Source: Obrimoposthia wandeli
Taxonomy: Eukaryota
Assembly (NCBI GenBank): GCA_977020255.1
Contig: CDROCS010000088.1
Location: forward strand, 1 to 64,000
Length of the DNA: 64,000 nucleotides
Direction: 5' to 3'
Position numbers and translations under genes: made by a program. Shown piece by piece: positions 24,201 through 37,995 of the stretch; within the stretch, counting starts at the first letter, position 1, and each line of letters starts with the position of its first letter. The notes beneath the pieces are model-generated. The model saw nothing but the letters and a program-made list of their open reading frames with translations. It was not told the origin of the DNA and made no database searches.

Positions 24201-25479
24201 TTAATGGCTTGGATGATGTAACAATGTTCTTCAACTGTCCAAACTTGTATTCAATTGAATGAAAAAATATGATGATATATACAAGTATTTTATCTCAATA
24301 TTACATTCCAGGGTTTCTTGAAAAAGTTAATTTTTATCAAAGAATACATTGTTCATGATGAAAGTTACATCCTCTATATGCTGATCATTAATTTCTACTG
24401 TTTGTTGGCTTTTGTATACATTTGTAATATGATAGACTGTCTATCCATGGAAAGTAACAGTCCTTTTTTATTTGAATGCCAGAACTCTTTCAATATGTCT
24501 TTCTCTTCTTGGAAAATATCTATAAATATGTTGCATTTTTCTGGGGCTTGAATCTTTCCAATTAACTTCATTTTCTTATTCTTTTTCTTAATTCTAATAA
24601 ATTATTATTCTTTTTTTTTATGTAAATTGGTCATAAATTATTATTCATTTTTCATTTTTGTTAACAATTAAAATTTAAAACCGTAACAAATAAATTAAAA
24701 ACCCTATATGATTTTGGTGTAATAATATTTTATCTTTTAATGAGTTCTGCATGATCTAGAAAGGGGTTTGAAATATAGATATAACTTATATATTGTAGTT
24801 TATCTAATATAGTTCTTCATATAATTTTTAAAATACATTTATTAGAACAAAATATCTAACTTTATCAATTGCTTTGTTCTTTGTTTATTAACAATCTCCG
24901 TAGTTCTCATACATAAATGATTTGCATATTGTTGAAATCTAAATATTGATCTTAAAATTCTCGATTAAAAATATTCTAGAAAGTGATGATTCTTTAGTAA
25001 CAAAATTATAATGATATTTAATACTGTTTTTCATATATTTTATCTCTTCGTATAGTTGTTACCACATCTCTAACAGTTCAATTTATCCATATGTTTTATG
25101 ATGATACGGACGTTACTGAATTGTATAATTCATATGATAGCTTATTAAAAACAAAGCTCACACAACCAATTAAAGAAATACTGGCGATTACAAGAAAGAC
25201 TTATTTTTTATTTTAATATGAAAACTACACTATAGATCAGATGAAAACAAAGACTGATATAGCGACCATTATGAATCAAAATATTCTTTATTTTAAATTT
25301 TGAGAAAATAAAATTTAGCTGCTCTTTTTGTTAACATACAAAGATAGGTTGAGTTACTTCCAATTTGAAATGATAATTTCTTCTACAATCATATGTAAAC
25401 CATTATAAACAATTATTTCAGAATGTTCTCAGATGTAAATTTTACTTGTGGTTTTCAAAGTGTTATTATTTTATTCAAG

Positions 25480-25720
25480 TCAACTTTCTACTTTAGACAT
25501 ATCACTGTGGCAAACGTTTTGTTTAAATCAGCATTGATAGTTGTAAAGCTTTCTTATTTGAAAGTCCATTTTTGGACTATGCGTGGCTTATCTTTAAAAA
25601 AATACATATTTCATCACACTCCATAGAAAGAAGTCTGAAAGTTTTAGGTCCGGTGACCGTGCTGACAATTCAATTGGCCTACATCACCTGTTTGGGGTAC
25701 GGAGGCTAGAACACATAAAT
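25480..25720 (-). pseudogene. Tc1/mariner-superfamily transposase C-terminal remnant
   Basis: The reverse strand gives IELSARSPDLKLSDFFLWSVMK..KDKPR, similar to WPARSPDLTPLDFFLWG. Confidence 0.6.
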
Positions 25721-27491
25721 ACTTCTTTATCTTCTTTATTGAACATAATCAAAAATATCAACAACATAGTATTAAATCGATACAATTAAAATTTCATAAT
25801 TTTTATCACCTTAACAATTTCTGACCACCTTAATAAAACAATGATAACTTTGTTTGGTATTTCTTCTTTCACCACTTTCACTACCCACCCACCATCGTCA
25901 TCTCAATGCCCCCTATTTAATTTATTTTGTTACTAAACTTTTACTATACTTGATTTGTTTCTGCTAATAATCAACTCTTCAACATCACCCAAAAAGTGAA
26001 TTTCAAAATTCCATATAACCATCATTGAACAACTAGAGTAAAATGGGGCTGCTCCATATTTATGGACAAAACAATTCTTGATTCCTATCTTGGGTAGAAA
26101 ATAAGTAGTCAACATTAGCAAATTATTTACAGAAATGGCACTATCTTCGAAGATAAAAGGGTAATTGAGTCCGTTAAATGAAATGATTGAACAAACTGTG
26201 AAACCTTGTAAAGATTTTTTCATTATATTATTATTTATCGGTTTTGATTTGACGAATACACAAAATTGTGTCTGTTTAAGTGACCATTCAGTTTAAATGT
26301 AGCAAATCAGACAATTGAAGAAAACCAGAAACAATATTGAAAATTTCAAAAAATCTTTTAACAAAATTTCATTCGCGTGCCTGCAATTACCATATTGCAA
26401 CGAGTTCAATAATCTTTAATGAATGTCTGTAGAAATGATTGATTTCAAATTGGGAGCAAATTTTGCCTCACCTTTTAGATAAATGTACTAGTGAAAATGT
26501 CACTTTTAAGTTGTCGTTTAAAATGAGTAACAGCTTCTGTCAACACAAATCTTAATTTCATTAAAATTTACATTTTTATGTTTTGGTTTTGCCATAACAC
26601 AACGTTTAATTTTATTTTATAACTTAAATGATTTTTTTGATGATATAAATTTAAGAAACTTCATTTTTAACTGAACACATTTTTGATATTGTTGATTTTT
26701 ACCTGAAATCAAAAAGAAATTTTGGAAAATAAAGAGAATCAAATTATTCTGCATCAAGCTTGTTCTAGGATTTAGATAAAAATGTCGGATATTATTGTGA
26801 TTTCAACCTCACATAACCATTGGACCGTCTAATTTCCTTACATATGTGTGATTCTTGGATATAAGTAATAAAGTTCTCTGAAACACTGTCATAAACTGAT
26901 ATTTTAGTCTTTATCAAATCTAGCGATTGAGATCCATCTTTTCGAAAATCATGTACTATTTTAGTACTTTTTAAGAAACAGTAATTTGGTCAATCCGTAA
27001 ACTCGATTCACTATTTAACCAGTTAGTCTTAAATTTTAAAATATTTTTTGCCTAAATATACTGTTTGAGACACAAAAAGTTCTAAAATAGTCACACGTGT
27101 AAACAGAAACGGTTGTAAACAGTAGTAGAAGGCGTGGTCAAAATAGTCCTAAAATCAGGGCAACGGGAATAAATTGGTTCAGCGCAGTGCGAATTCCGAA
27201 ACTACGTCATAGTTGGAAATGAAAAGAACATCTTTTAAATGGCATCCAAATGTGGTCATTTAACCAAATCTAGAAATGATGTAATGCTGATAAACGACAG
27301 TAATAAATGTAATAAAATGGTTAATAAATTTCTCTCTTTGTAGTTATTTAGAAAATTGGAAACCATTTATAGAAAGAATGGTGTTCATAAATATGATTTA
27401 TTTATTAAATAACACTTAAGGGATATTTAGTGATCTACCAATTTGAAATCACTGTACTACAGATGAAGAAATGTAGCGTTAACTGAAAGAG

Positions 27492-27869
27492 TTAACAAAG
27501 GAAGATTTGTTCATTATATAGACTTGCATTCGGATCAATTAAGGGGTGTGGCTCCTCAGTGGAGAAAGTGCATTGTACCGACCTGATTGCCGATCTGCCA
27601 CCGTCCTCAGTTCGACTAAGGGATTCCTGGAGAGATACGGTAGACCTGAACTTGACATTTCCACCCCCACCTCCTTGATCGGCGATTAAGACTGCTCTCG
27701 TATTCTTGCTGGCTGGTTGAGGCGATGGCTGCTGCTGCTGCTGCTGCTGGGATGTCGCCACGTCACCGTTATTCTGATTGTTATTTCCGAAGGTTGAGCT
27801 AACTACCAAGCCGGTCGAATTGTCACCTTGCGGCTGCAATGGCAACCTCCCATATTCATCTTGGATCAT
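27492..27869 (-). CDS. Probable host coding exon (low-complexity, poly-Q and poly-G)
   Basis: 125-aa GC-richer ORF with QQQQQQQ and GGGGG tracts. No family recognised. Confidence 0.4.
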   Translation of the reverse strand: MIQDEYGRLPLQPQGDNSTGLVVSSTFGNNNQNNGDVATSQQQQQQQPSPQPASKNTRAVLIADQGGGGGNVKFRSTVSLQESLSRTEDGGRSAIRSVQCTFSTEEPHPLIDPNASLYNEQIFLC

Positions 27870-28070
27870 GCATCAATATCATAATGACAACAATCTACCG
27901 TGCCTCCATACATGGAAATTAATTAAGGATCATTAAATAATTATACATCTTATGTGTAATTTTTACATTTTTATCTTAGTTATGCGCATTGTTATTAACT
28001 AAACAAAAGTACTGAATGTTGCCAATTTGTTTCACTTTTTCATTATGTCTTAACTTTTTATATTTTAGAG

Positions 28071-28745
28071 CAGGGTTTCTCAACCTTTTTTCACCACGGC
28101 CCCCTTTAGTTTGCAGCAAATTGCTGTGGCCCCCCTCTACTATGGACAAAAAGATTACATCGTATACGTATTGTTTTCAATTATACTATTCTGTCATGGA
28201 AACATTCAAAAAGATAATCAATGAGAAAACTATATTTAAAAAATGTTAGTGTGACCCTTGCGCTTGGCGTTTGCCAACAAGTGTAGTGAAATCTGGAGCA
28301 ATTTCAGAAAGTCGTAAACGGATTTCTGCATTGTCACACAACTTGAGATTCATCCGCTGTTTTGCGAACGAATGAAGGACAACTGAGAACCCCTTCTCAG
28401 CTAACACCGACGTCGGTAGATTAACAATAAAGGGATAAACCTTCTTGAAAATTTTCGGATAAATTTCTGAATTTTCCAGCCATGCTGCCACCCAATTCTG
28501 CTTTGACATGCTGATCATTTTGCCCTCATTGGGCTGGTACGCCCACGCAATAAGTTGACGCGTCGCGTCCATATGTAGCTAGAAGTCTATACTCTGTTTT
28601 TATTCCATGTCAAACATTTATTTGTGGCACACGTGTGCAGCCATCGAAGTGTTTAACCCAGTGAAAACAGGGGTGTTAATTTTTTATTTTTGTTTGGCTC
28701 GTGTGGCCCCCCAGGGGGCCCCAGGGCCCCCGTTGAGAAACCCTG
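28071..28745 (-). mobile_element. Non-autonomous hAT (Charlie/Buster-like) element with transposase C-terminus
   Basis: TIRs cagggtttctcaac / gttgagaaaccctg, with an 8-bp TSD TTTTAGAG on both sides. ORF 28246-28572 reads LPTSVLAEKGFS..IRLRLSEIAPD..RQAQGSH. Confidence 0.92.
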
Positions 28746-29499
28746 TTTTAGAGATACAACGTTCTGCCACATTGCTACAGCAATGAGCATTTTAAAAAAT
28801 AAAACCAATAAAAAAAAAAAATTAAAATTATTCACTACAAAATACAATAAAAAATTCAAGCAGTAACATGCCTTATGACAGTCGTTGCTAATGCAGGCTT
28901 CACTACCGGCATTTTCTAAAAATCCAGACAAAATGAAAATTTAAAAGCTCTCTACAATCCTATATTATTTTTGGAGATTTTACATTCGGATTTGGTGTCT
29001 TTTTACAAAAAATTATTAAGTCTTCATTTAATTTGCGAATCTTCTTTTACTCAAATTTTTCTTTTGATTTTGTTGGATTAGGAAAGTTATGAAATAAAAT
29101 AAAATGTATATTTATAAAAGAACTTAACCTAGGAAAAACAAGGTCGAAATTAAAATTAAAATAAAATAGTTTAAAAAAAAATTAAATTAAGAATGTATAT
29201 TAAGTAAAATGGAGAACTTGAAGAGGTCGTGAGGTGTGAAAAAAATGTAAAAAATGGACGTAGAGAATTCAGTCAAAATTTAAATATGTGTGAAAAGTTA
29301 ACCGTGCTATATTGCAAGTATTTCAGGAATTTAAAAGATCGCATATTGATCCACAAACTTAGACAATCGCAAACCGATCGAGCAGTCATTCGTACAGAAA
29401 GGTACGACCGCGACATTGCAGTTTCCGGTTTCGCGGACTACTGATAAGCGAGGTAAATTTAATATAAAAAAATAACTTAATACAGAAATTTAAAAACAA

Positions 29500-30180
29500 T
29501 CAAAGGCTGTTGTTGCAAATTCAAAAGCTTTTCTTGAATATAATACTCAAATTCTGTGATAGAACAAATTGCTGTTTGTAACAACCAACCAGGAAATTTC
29601 AAATCATGCAGATCTTAAAATCGATCGTTGAAGTCATCTATTAGCATTTTGAGATGATTGATAATCATAATTAATGTATGATATTTTATTTTTGCTTCAA
29701 TTCAAATTACGAATACTTTGAAACTCTCCTTGTAATTTCATTACGAATTATTTCCAATATTTCATTTAATCCAAGAATAGCAACTTGTAATGATAAATTC
29801 AATTGATTGAATTTCCAAAATAGTTCACTCAGCTATGCGATGTACATCTTTCCATCCTCATTCTATAATAGATGAACATAATTTGAGTTAAAAAATATTT
29901 TAACTTTTGTTAGGGTTCAAAAATCTTTCTAAACAATTTTCTTTTGATATCCAGTGTACGTGACTATGCATTAGTAGTTTTATATATATCGTAGAACTCT
30001 CCGCACAATTTATTTTGAAAATATGTTCAGTCTTTGGACTTATTTTTAACTTGTTGATTCATTGTATTACAGTCTGGAATATATCGGGAAGCATTGGTGA
30101 CAAATTCTTCGATACTATACTTTCTTGATGTAATTGACAGGAATAGTTTTTATTTTAGAGTTGTCTTCTTTCAACAATTT
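29500..30180 (-). pseudogene. hAT (Buster/Charlie-like) transposase fragment
   Basis: KNLSPMLPDIFQTVIQ*INKLK..LLMHSHVHWISKENCLERF resembles LLLHTEVRWLSRGKVLERF. Confidence 0.7.
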
Positions 30181-33100
30181 CAAATTTTTATTGAGTTAGT
30201 ATGAAGAAAAATATTAAACAGGAATATTAAAATCAGTTATGTAAAGTGGATAAATAACCAAACATAAGACTTTTAAATAATAAAAGAAAATAAGAAAAAA
30301 AGAATTTAGTGAAAGAAAACTGGAGAAGAAATTATATCCTTGATAGGATTCAGATGTGTAAAAATATATACGGAGGAACAATGTAAATAGAAGGGCCATC
30401 GAAAGAAAACATAAAGTCCAACTACTAGAAACCAACTGGTAGTAGTCAGAACTCGCAGAATCGATCAGTTAAACAAATGAATTAAATGAATTAGTCTAAA
30501 TTAATTTACACATATTATAATATCCACAAAATTTCAGAAAACAGTAACCAGAATACATAAGCACAGCACGAAACATGCAGCCATACAGAAATCAATCAGA
30601 ACTAACAAGTGTAAAATTTCGAAATTCCAAAATCAAAAAAGACATTTTTCAAATATCCACATATCCAGTAACGAAAAGATATCCATCAACCAGAGACAAT
30701 ATACAAAAATAAAATTAATCCAGGATTTTGGATCAGAACTTTACAAATCACCAAGCTGTGAACCCCGATGACAAAAGAAGCAACGGAGCGGATTACCATA
30801 CGTGGGTAACAAATTAGCGAGGTATCGGCAAATATATCACGTGAACAAAACGATACAGACTCCAGATGGACATAGCACTCAAGGCGGGCATAGGCATCTG
30901 TGAGCCCGCAATAATCGTTAATCTAATCTTTATTTTTGTGTTTAATTAGAAAATTAAAAGTAATAATCTGATCTGCTTTAGACACAATTAAGCGTATTAA
31001 AAAAGTTAATAAGGTTGAACAAATTTTTGTCGCAAAGTTTAATAAGTTAAGAAAAACTGTCATAAAGATTAATAAAGTAAAGTGAAATTATCGTAAAGAA
31101 AATAATAATCGCGTATCGGTTTGATAAATGAGCAACGTATTGAAGTTGTTGAATAATAGTGATAATAGTTTTGAGTAGAACATCGCTGTTTTAAAAAGTA
31201 TCAGCCTGAGAAAAAGTATTCCGGATAATTGTAATATCGTTGAAATAAATTAATTTAAAAGAATAAAGACTTGCAGAATTGTTGTCTCATTTAGCAACAC
31301 AATTACGTTGACAACACGAACTAGTCGAGTCTATATTGGATTATTTTTGAATCAAAATGCTATTTGACTAACCGGCTACCTCCCAAACCTATATCACACC
31401 ACAATGGCTTTAGGGAAATATTTCGGATTATTGAACACAGCACAAAACGTACAAACCAAAAACCTTCATTCAATTAGACTAGGTAGGCCAAGACCATAAA
31501 AAACCATCTCTATAGGACTCACGTTGGAGATTCTAAAAGATTTTGAATAGAAAACCACAACAATTTTATTTCCCAATCATTGCAGGTGCACATATGCTGC
31601 AAAAGCAATTAAAGAAGCTATGGGAATATTCAATTTATGAAGATAATTTGTAAATATTCTCTCTTTTTTACTAAAATTATCATTTAAAACAACATGATAG
31701 ATAAATAAGAATATAATACTATCATGACAGCAAAATAATTCAAATGAAACAACTAAAGTTGCAAACCTAACTGTTAATTAATTAAAAAAAATCAAATTTC
31801 CCACAACAATGCCTACGTAGCAGCAATTCATCGTGCTCATCGCGTTCGTTGTCGTCATCAGTAATCTTAGTCGCCCATTGAAGCCCGAAATTCCCAAAAT
31901 GAGCAGCTGCAAGTGATAGTTGATGCGAATGTCTGCAATAATTGAGCTGTCACAGGCTGCATCGGGGAGCTGATTCAGGCGCTTGGTGCTCTCATGACAC
32001 ATGACACACATACACACACATAATGAGTACTGGGTCGAGGCGCGACCTCGGCTAATTAGGGACTTCCCCTCAGTAACAATTTGTAGGCCATCCATTTGCA
32101 AATTGCCAGACAGTTTCCCATCTGACTTGTGCTCTGAATACTTCTTTAATCAGCAGCAGTATCCCCATACGGCCTACTTCTAATTTAATTAGGGAACCCT
32201 AATTGACATGACTCTTCTACTAATGGAAGCTGCATGTCTCTATCACCTTATGTCCATGACTTCTTTCCTTAGTCTCCGAATTTACTTGAACAGCCAGTGT
32301 ATTGAACACGCAGAGCACGAATGGTCAACATTTAAATCTTTTCACTCAATGTCGATCTTTATTTTCCTAACCACTACCGTCTTCACGTGAACTATACTAT
32401 TTGGTATATAAAGATTTTTGAATAACCCATCATGGGTTATAACACTTTGGTTGGTATCTGCATAGATTATTTTATGGTTTTCCTCAAAAATTAACTTGTT
32501 ATATTTATATTTTTTATAATTTAAGAAAGCCTGTAACACGTGAGGTCTAAACAGAGTAAGTCTTATTGAAGGGTCTACTATGATTCGTTTCAAATCTGAA
32601 TTCAACAAGAAATGCAAATATTACAAAACTAAAATAATGGTGTTCGTGGCCAAATTAATAGATTCAATCGACATATATGTGTTATATTGCTATTCAATTT
32701 CGGTTTATAAAACTTCACCATTCAAAGTCAATAAAATATGTTAATTAAGACAATTATAGTACAAAACAATATTCCTGTAGGGAATAACAATACACAAGGA
32801 AAAGATCAAAATCAATAACTATAACTTAACCAAAATACCACGACATGTCTGTCCATTGGAAATTGCACTACTTAGGGCTGTAACCCAGTCGGATAATTGT
32901 ATTTTAGATGTGGATGGAATAAATTGAATTTACTAATAAAGCTAAAAATCTGAATTTTGGTATGAAACGATCTTTGATTATATTGTTAGATTAAGAAAAA
33001 GCTAAAAAATAAATAAATAATACGTTTATTTATAACAAGTACTTTACCTCAAAATATTCAAGGTTAAAAAAATAAAAATATGTTCTATTAAATAAATTGA

Positions 33101-33399
33101 GACCTTAAAAGTCAAAATGGTGGGGTTTCTAATTGAATATCTTAGATCCTCGTATGGAGGCCCTCAACGTGAGCTCTGTAGCAATAGGGCTTACAGATGT
33201 TTGTGGCCTACTTATTCTTATCTTACTTAATTCGAGTCTCAATATGAAGGTTTTCTTTTTATGTTTTGTTGTTGGTGTGGTGTGTAAAGAGTTGTGTGCA
33301 ATATAACTGAGAGGGCCCTAAAACTAATGTAGTGTGATGTAGGTCTATAGTATGCATGAGAAAACAAAGAAAAAAATTAAATTATCTATAAATTTGGTT

Positions 33400-33780
33400 A
33401 ATAAACGATTTAGTAAAACGATTATAACAATTAACATAATTAATAAATGAAACTCATTTTTACAAGATTGATTTCATCTCTTGACAAACATGAAAAAGTA
33501 ACGTAATTCGATATCTTTCAAGGAGTTCTTTAAAGCTATTGTATTTTCTCAATAAGTATATGCTTGAAAAAGCTTTCTTTCCTATTCATGTATAAGAAAA
33601 AAGAATAAGATAAATTAAATTATTTATAAATTTGTTAAATAAACGAATAAGTAAAACGAATATAATAATTAACATAATGAATAAATGTAACTCATTTTGC
33701 ACGACTGATTTCATCTCTAGACAAACATGAAAAAGTAACATAATTCGATGTCTTTCAAGGAGTTCTGAATTGAATATTTC
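33400..33780 (+). repeat. Tandem duplication, period ~240 bp
   Basis: ataaacga..agtaaaacga..gatttcatctct.gacaaacatgaaaaagtaac..ctttcaaggagttct occurs twice. Confidence 0.85.
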
Positions 33781-34369
33781 ATCTAAAATATAATGCGCTG
33801 ATCTCAGATTGAACATTACAATCAAATGTTACCTATAACTCACAGTCTATCTTCATGTACAATTTTCTTTTTCTGCAACACATCAACATAAATTAAATAC
33901 GATAGATTCTGAGGAAAATTTTACACGGCTTGAACAAATTTCTATTTCGGATAAAAAGCTGTATACACTACAGTTGATTCACTTCATTAGGAAGCCTCTA
34001 GTTTGTGAGTCCTGAGAGGTATAGGACTGGCGTAGAAGGTCTATCCTATGAAGTCCCAAGTCTGAAGGTATTTTAGGCCATAATATAAATCTCAATCGGT
34101 TGAGTTTAGTATGATTAAAGTTGTATTCAGCTGATAGTTAAGGGCCTCACAAGATACAATTTTTAAATGATACAAGATGTATTCACAATTCCTAAAACAG
34201 ATTAGGTTATGTTAATCAATGGACCAGAACAGTTTAAAACAGGATATATGTAACCAGGGTTATTGCAAAATATATAATACGAATAGTTCATAAAATATAA
34301 AATAAGTAAGTTAAGAAAAATAAAATAACAGGTCAAAATAAAATAATTCTATAATTAAGTGACACTAGT

Positions 34370-34650
34370 GTTGATGTTTTCTTTCAGAACTTTGGAATCC
34401 TCTTATGGAGACCCCTACGTGAGTTCTGTAGCGATAGGGCTTAGATATGAATGTGGCCTACCTGTCCTAGTCTCTGAAGGTTTTTGTGGTGTTAAGAGTT
34501 GTGAACAGGATAATGTAAAATCCCTTAAACTTTTGTTGTGTTGTGTGGGGCTGAAAAATAAGCCGGTTAGGCCGAGTGGGATTTTAAGTTGTAAAATAAG
34601 TTTGGCAAAGCCAAGTCCAGAAATAGGCAAAAATTAAGCCGGACTGAATC
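34370..34650 (+). repeat. Interspersed repeat family (related copies near 33140, and inverted near 45510 and 46960-47230)
   Basis: Shared cgtgagttctgtag.gatagggctta..ctagtctctgaaggttttgtggtgtt..gtgttgtgtggggctgaa..aataagccggttagg. Confidence 0.8.
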
Positions 34651-37600
34651 AGTGTCGATGAATATGTCAGGACTTAGGTTAGCATATCACTGGTTAATTA
34701 TCGGATTTGTACTGATATCCTAGTTGCTATCAGATTACGTGGACCTATTTCATTTCGTTGTAGGTTCCCTTAAAATATCTTAGGCTGATACTTCGTATTT
34801 AATTCAAACTACATTTTTTTATGACAATGTGGATTTCTAGCAACAGTTGTTAGGGTTTTACGGGAGAGACTATAAACTAAGAGACTGGATAATCTTCAAG
34901 AGATAAAAATACTAAATCTCAATGAATAATTTATACAAAAACACGGCGACACTTTATACGTTCGCAACCAATATTCCTTTACCCAATACGTTATCAACTT
35001 TATTATAGTTTCCCAATAGTGATTATAAACTTTTAATTACAAACTACAACATATTCACATTTTAGAAATAGTGATTATAAATTTTCAATTACAATTACAA
35101 CGTATTTACATTTTACAAATAATGATTATAAATTTCGTTCACCGATTACAAATTACTTTGAAATATTTTCGAGAACAATTTAATCTTCTCCTAAATACGC
35201 TTTTAATCAATCCCTTTCTTTTGATTATACTTTTATAAAGCTGCTTCTAAATGGCCAGTCTTCTGAAACGCAGTACTCGTGCAGCTTTTCTCGATCACTC
35301 GATCCAAATTTCCTATATGAATTTTGTCTAAATTATGTAATGAAATAACTAAAAATCGCCTTTTATACTTGATGGTATGTTTAGCTGACGAGACCTTATG
35401 TGAGACGTATTTTGTGGGATAGATAAATTGTTCAATTATTACAATCTCGAATCGGCCCATCCACCCGTTGACATGCTGCACCGATGAGGCCGGATATTTA
35501 TTATGTGAATTTCACTATTTGTGTGAAATTAGCTTGATTATTCATCTGATCGATGCAATCGCTAACTTTGCAATTCTGCGGCTGATGTCACTTTACCACT
35601 AATTTGTTTCTTTCTTCTTTTTACTCTAATCTTCTAAGGCCCTTTTAACCTTTTTTTCTTAACTTTGAAACACATTTTCATGACCCTTTCAAGGTCTTAA
35701 ATTACTTAGTCCTTTTTAATCAAATTTATTTAAATTATTTTTTATTTAATTTTTTAACTTTATTATCTTTACTGAGAGGTTATTCCTTGAACCCATATAT
35801 ATATATATATTAATTTTTTATTTTATTTTCTACTTTCCTTATTCTAATACTTTGTCCAACTAATAAATTAAGAACGATTAAAGTATACCCATAGTGGACA
35901 ATACCAATGGTAATGTCCATCAGCTCGAAAATCCCGAATCCTGCATTTTTATATTTAATGAAAATCTATAACCAGTGCACGTAAATACTGTGTCCAAGTT
36001 TATCAAATTATGCAAATAAAATAGTTTAGTTTAGGAAGTTTAAAAATCAAATTAGGCAGATAATTAATTTAGTTTAGGGAGATTAAAAGTTCAATTAGAC
36101 AAATAAATAACTTGGTTTATGGAGTTTAAAAATCAGATGCCTCTGTGATGCCTCACCATCTGTATTATGGCCTTGGATTCTTTTTTAACCGCGGAGTTCA
36201 ATGCTTCTCTACTTAAATATTTATTTGTCCAAGCAATGTTAAAGTCTTTACGACAAGGATTAATCAGAATCGTCCACGAAAAATTGTCGATTCTGATAAT
36301 TCTATTCTTGATGGCGGACAACTCACGCCATTTCATCCGATGATGGATGCGAGATGCCTAATGTCTTCTAATCACTCAGTATTTACTGCAATGTATCACC
36401 GTTTTTATACCCCTAATCATTCCAGAGTATAATTAACTCGTTCTAGAAAAATTGAAAGTTACTTACTCTCAATTATCCTTTTTTAATTAATTTAATTTAA
36501 GCCAGGACTTTAAATATAGCCAAATTATTTTTAAAAAATTTATTTGTGTATTTCTGGACCTCAACAAAGAGGCAATATTTCAAAGTGGTTATCTAAAGAT
36601 ATAAAATTAAACAATATAAATGTTAGATTAGAAATTTTTAAAAAATAAATAAATAATGTCTATTTATAGTGAATAAATAACTTTCAAATTTTTTGAAGGT
36701 TAAAAATAATAAAATAAATAAATTATTTTTAAAAATCATAAACATAATAATTTAGAGATATCGAGGGTCATAAGAATGTATATTTATGTAAGGAAAATGT
36801 GAAAAAATATGCTGATGAAGAATTGAACCGAATTGGAAAGTCGCGAAACACCGTTAAGAATTTCAGAGAAAATTTTCAGTCAATAAATAAACTCGCCGAA
36901 ATTTCACATAGTTTTTTTTTCACAGTGACCACAAAGCATCAGGTACCACCAACGCGAAGACGGTGAACATTCAGACAGGTGATTACTATATAGGTGAACG
37001 CATTAACTTTGTTATTGTAGAGACAGGTTGATTCAATTGTAAAAGGTGACATCGGAACTATATATTTCAATTTTGGATTGCACTTACAAACAAAAGCAAA
37101 TTCAAGGATATCGGAGTACACTGTTCACGGGACCACTAACAACAAATATTACTATCGACGAGACCAGTTTGGTGTTGGAATCATTGGAATCAGCTGCAAA
37201 TCAACGACGAAGTAAAGAATCGGTGTAATTAAATTGTAGCAACATATTTGGAGAATCAAGTTATCAAGTAATATCAGAGTACATTCTCTTTGGTGAATCA
37301 TAAACCGTTATCAAGCAATAATTGAGTAAATTCACTTAGGTGAATTATAAACTGTTGTCAAGTTATATTAAAGAAAACATCATTATTTTCGGAATTGAAG
37401 AGACTTTATAGGAGTGTCGCTTACTTGTACAAATAGCATACTATATAATTACGGTATTTAGAAGAAAGTGCCTTAAATTGTGTTGTAATAGAATAAATTC
37501 TTAAATTCATACTGCGTGAACATTTTTGAGTATCGTTTCCCGCTACACTAGTGTTAATTAGAGTATATAGGAGACTTACAAGCCAAGAATTAACCAGTGA

Positions 37601-37799
37601 AACTTTAGCCTGAGCCCTGATATATTCAAAGGGTTACCGTCAACACTGATTGAGTCTGGCTTATTTTTGATAGACTATTTTTGAATATGAAATTATTTTA
37701 CGGCCTAAGTGACTTATTGATACAGCCACAAACAAAAAAACCAGTAGGGTTAGGGAATTTTATGTTATCCTAGTAAAGTTTGTGTTTCTTTTGCAACAC

Positions 37800-37995
37800 A
37801 GATATTTTGACCCGTCAGAACCAGCGCCAGAATTTTATTTCCTGAAAATGTTTAGATTTTTTTCTAAAATCCGATTTTATTGACTAATTTCAATTTTTTT
37901 TGTTAAAAAATTGATCAATTTCGGTCAAATTTTATCGTTTTTCGAAGTTTATGCAAAAATTGTGTGTCTTTTGGGACAAAGACCTGCTATCTGCC
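37800..37995 (+). repeat. Interspersed repeat (inverted partner ~45240-45470)
   Basis: gatattttgaccc..agaaccagcgccagaa..ggacaaagacctgctatc matches gatagcaggtctttgttcc..ttctggcgttggttct..gatcaaaatgtc in reverse. Confidence 0.75.

Noticed and set aside
21600-24600. Possible MULE and Copia-like protein remnants on the minus strand
   Set aside because: Only weak partial motifs, interrupted by many stops. Too degraded to call.
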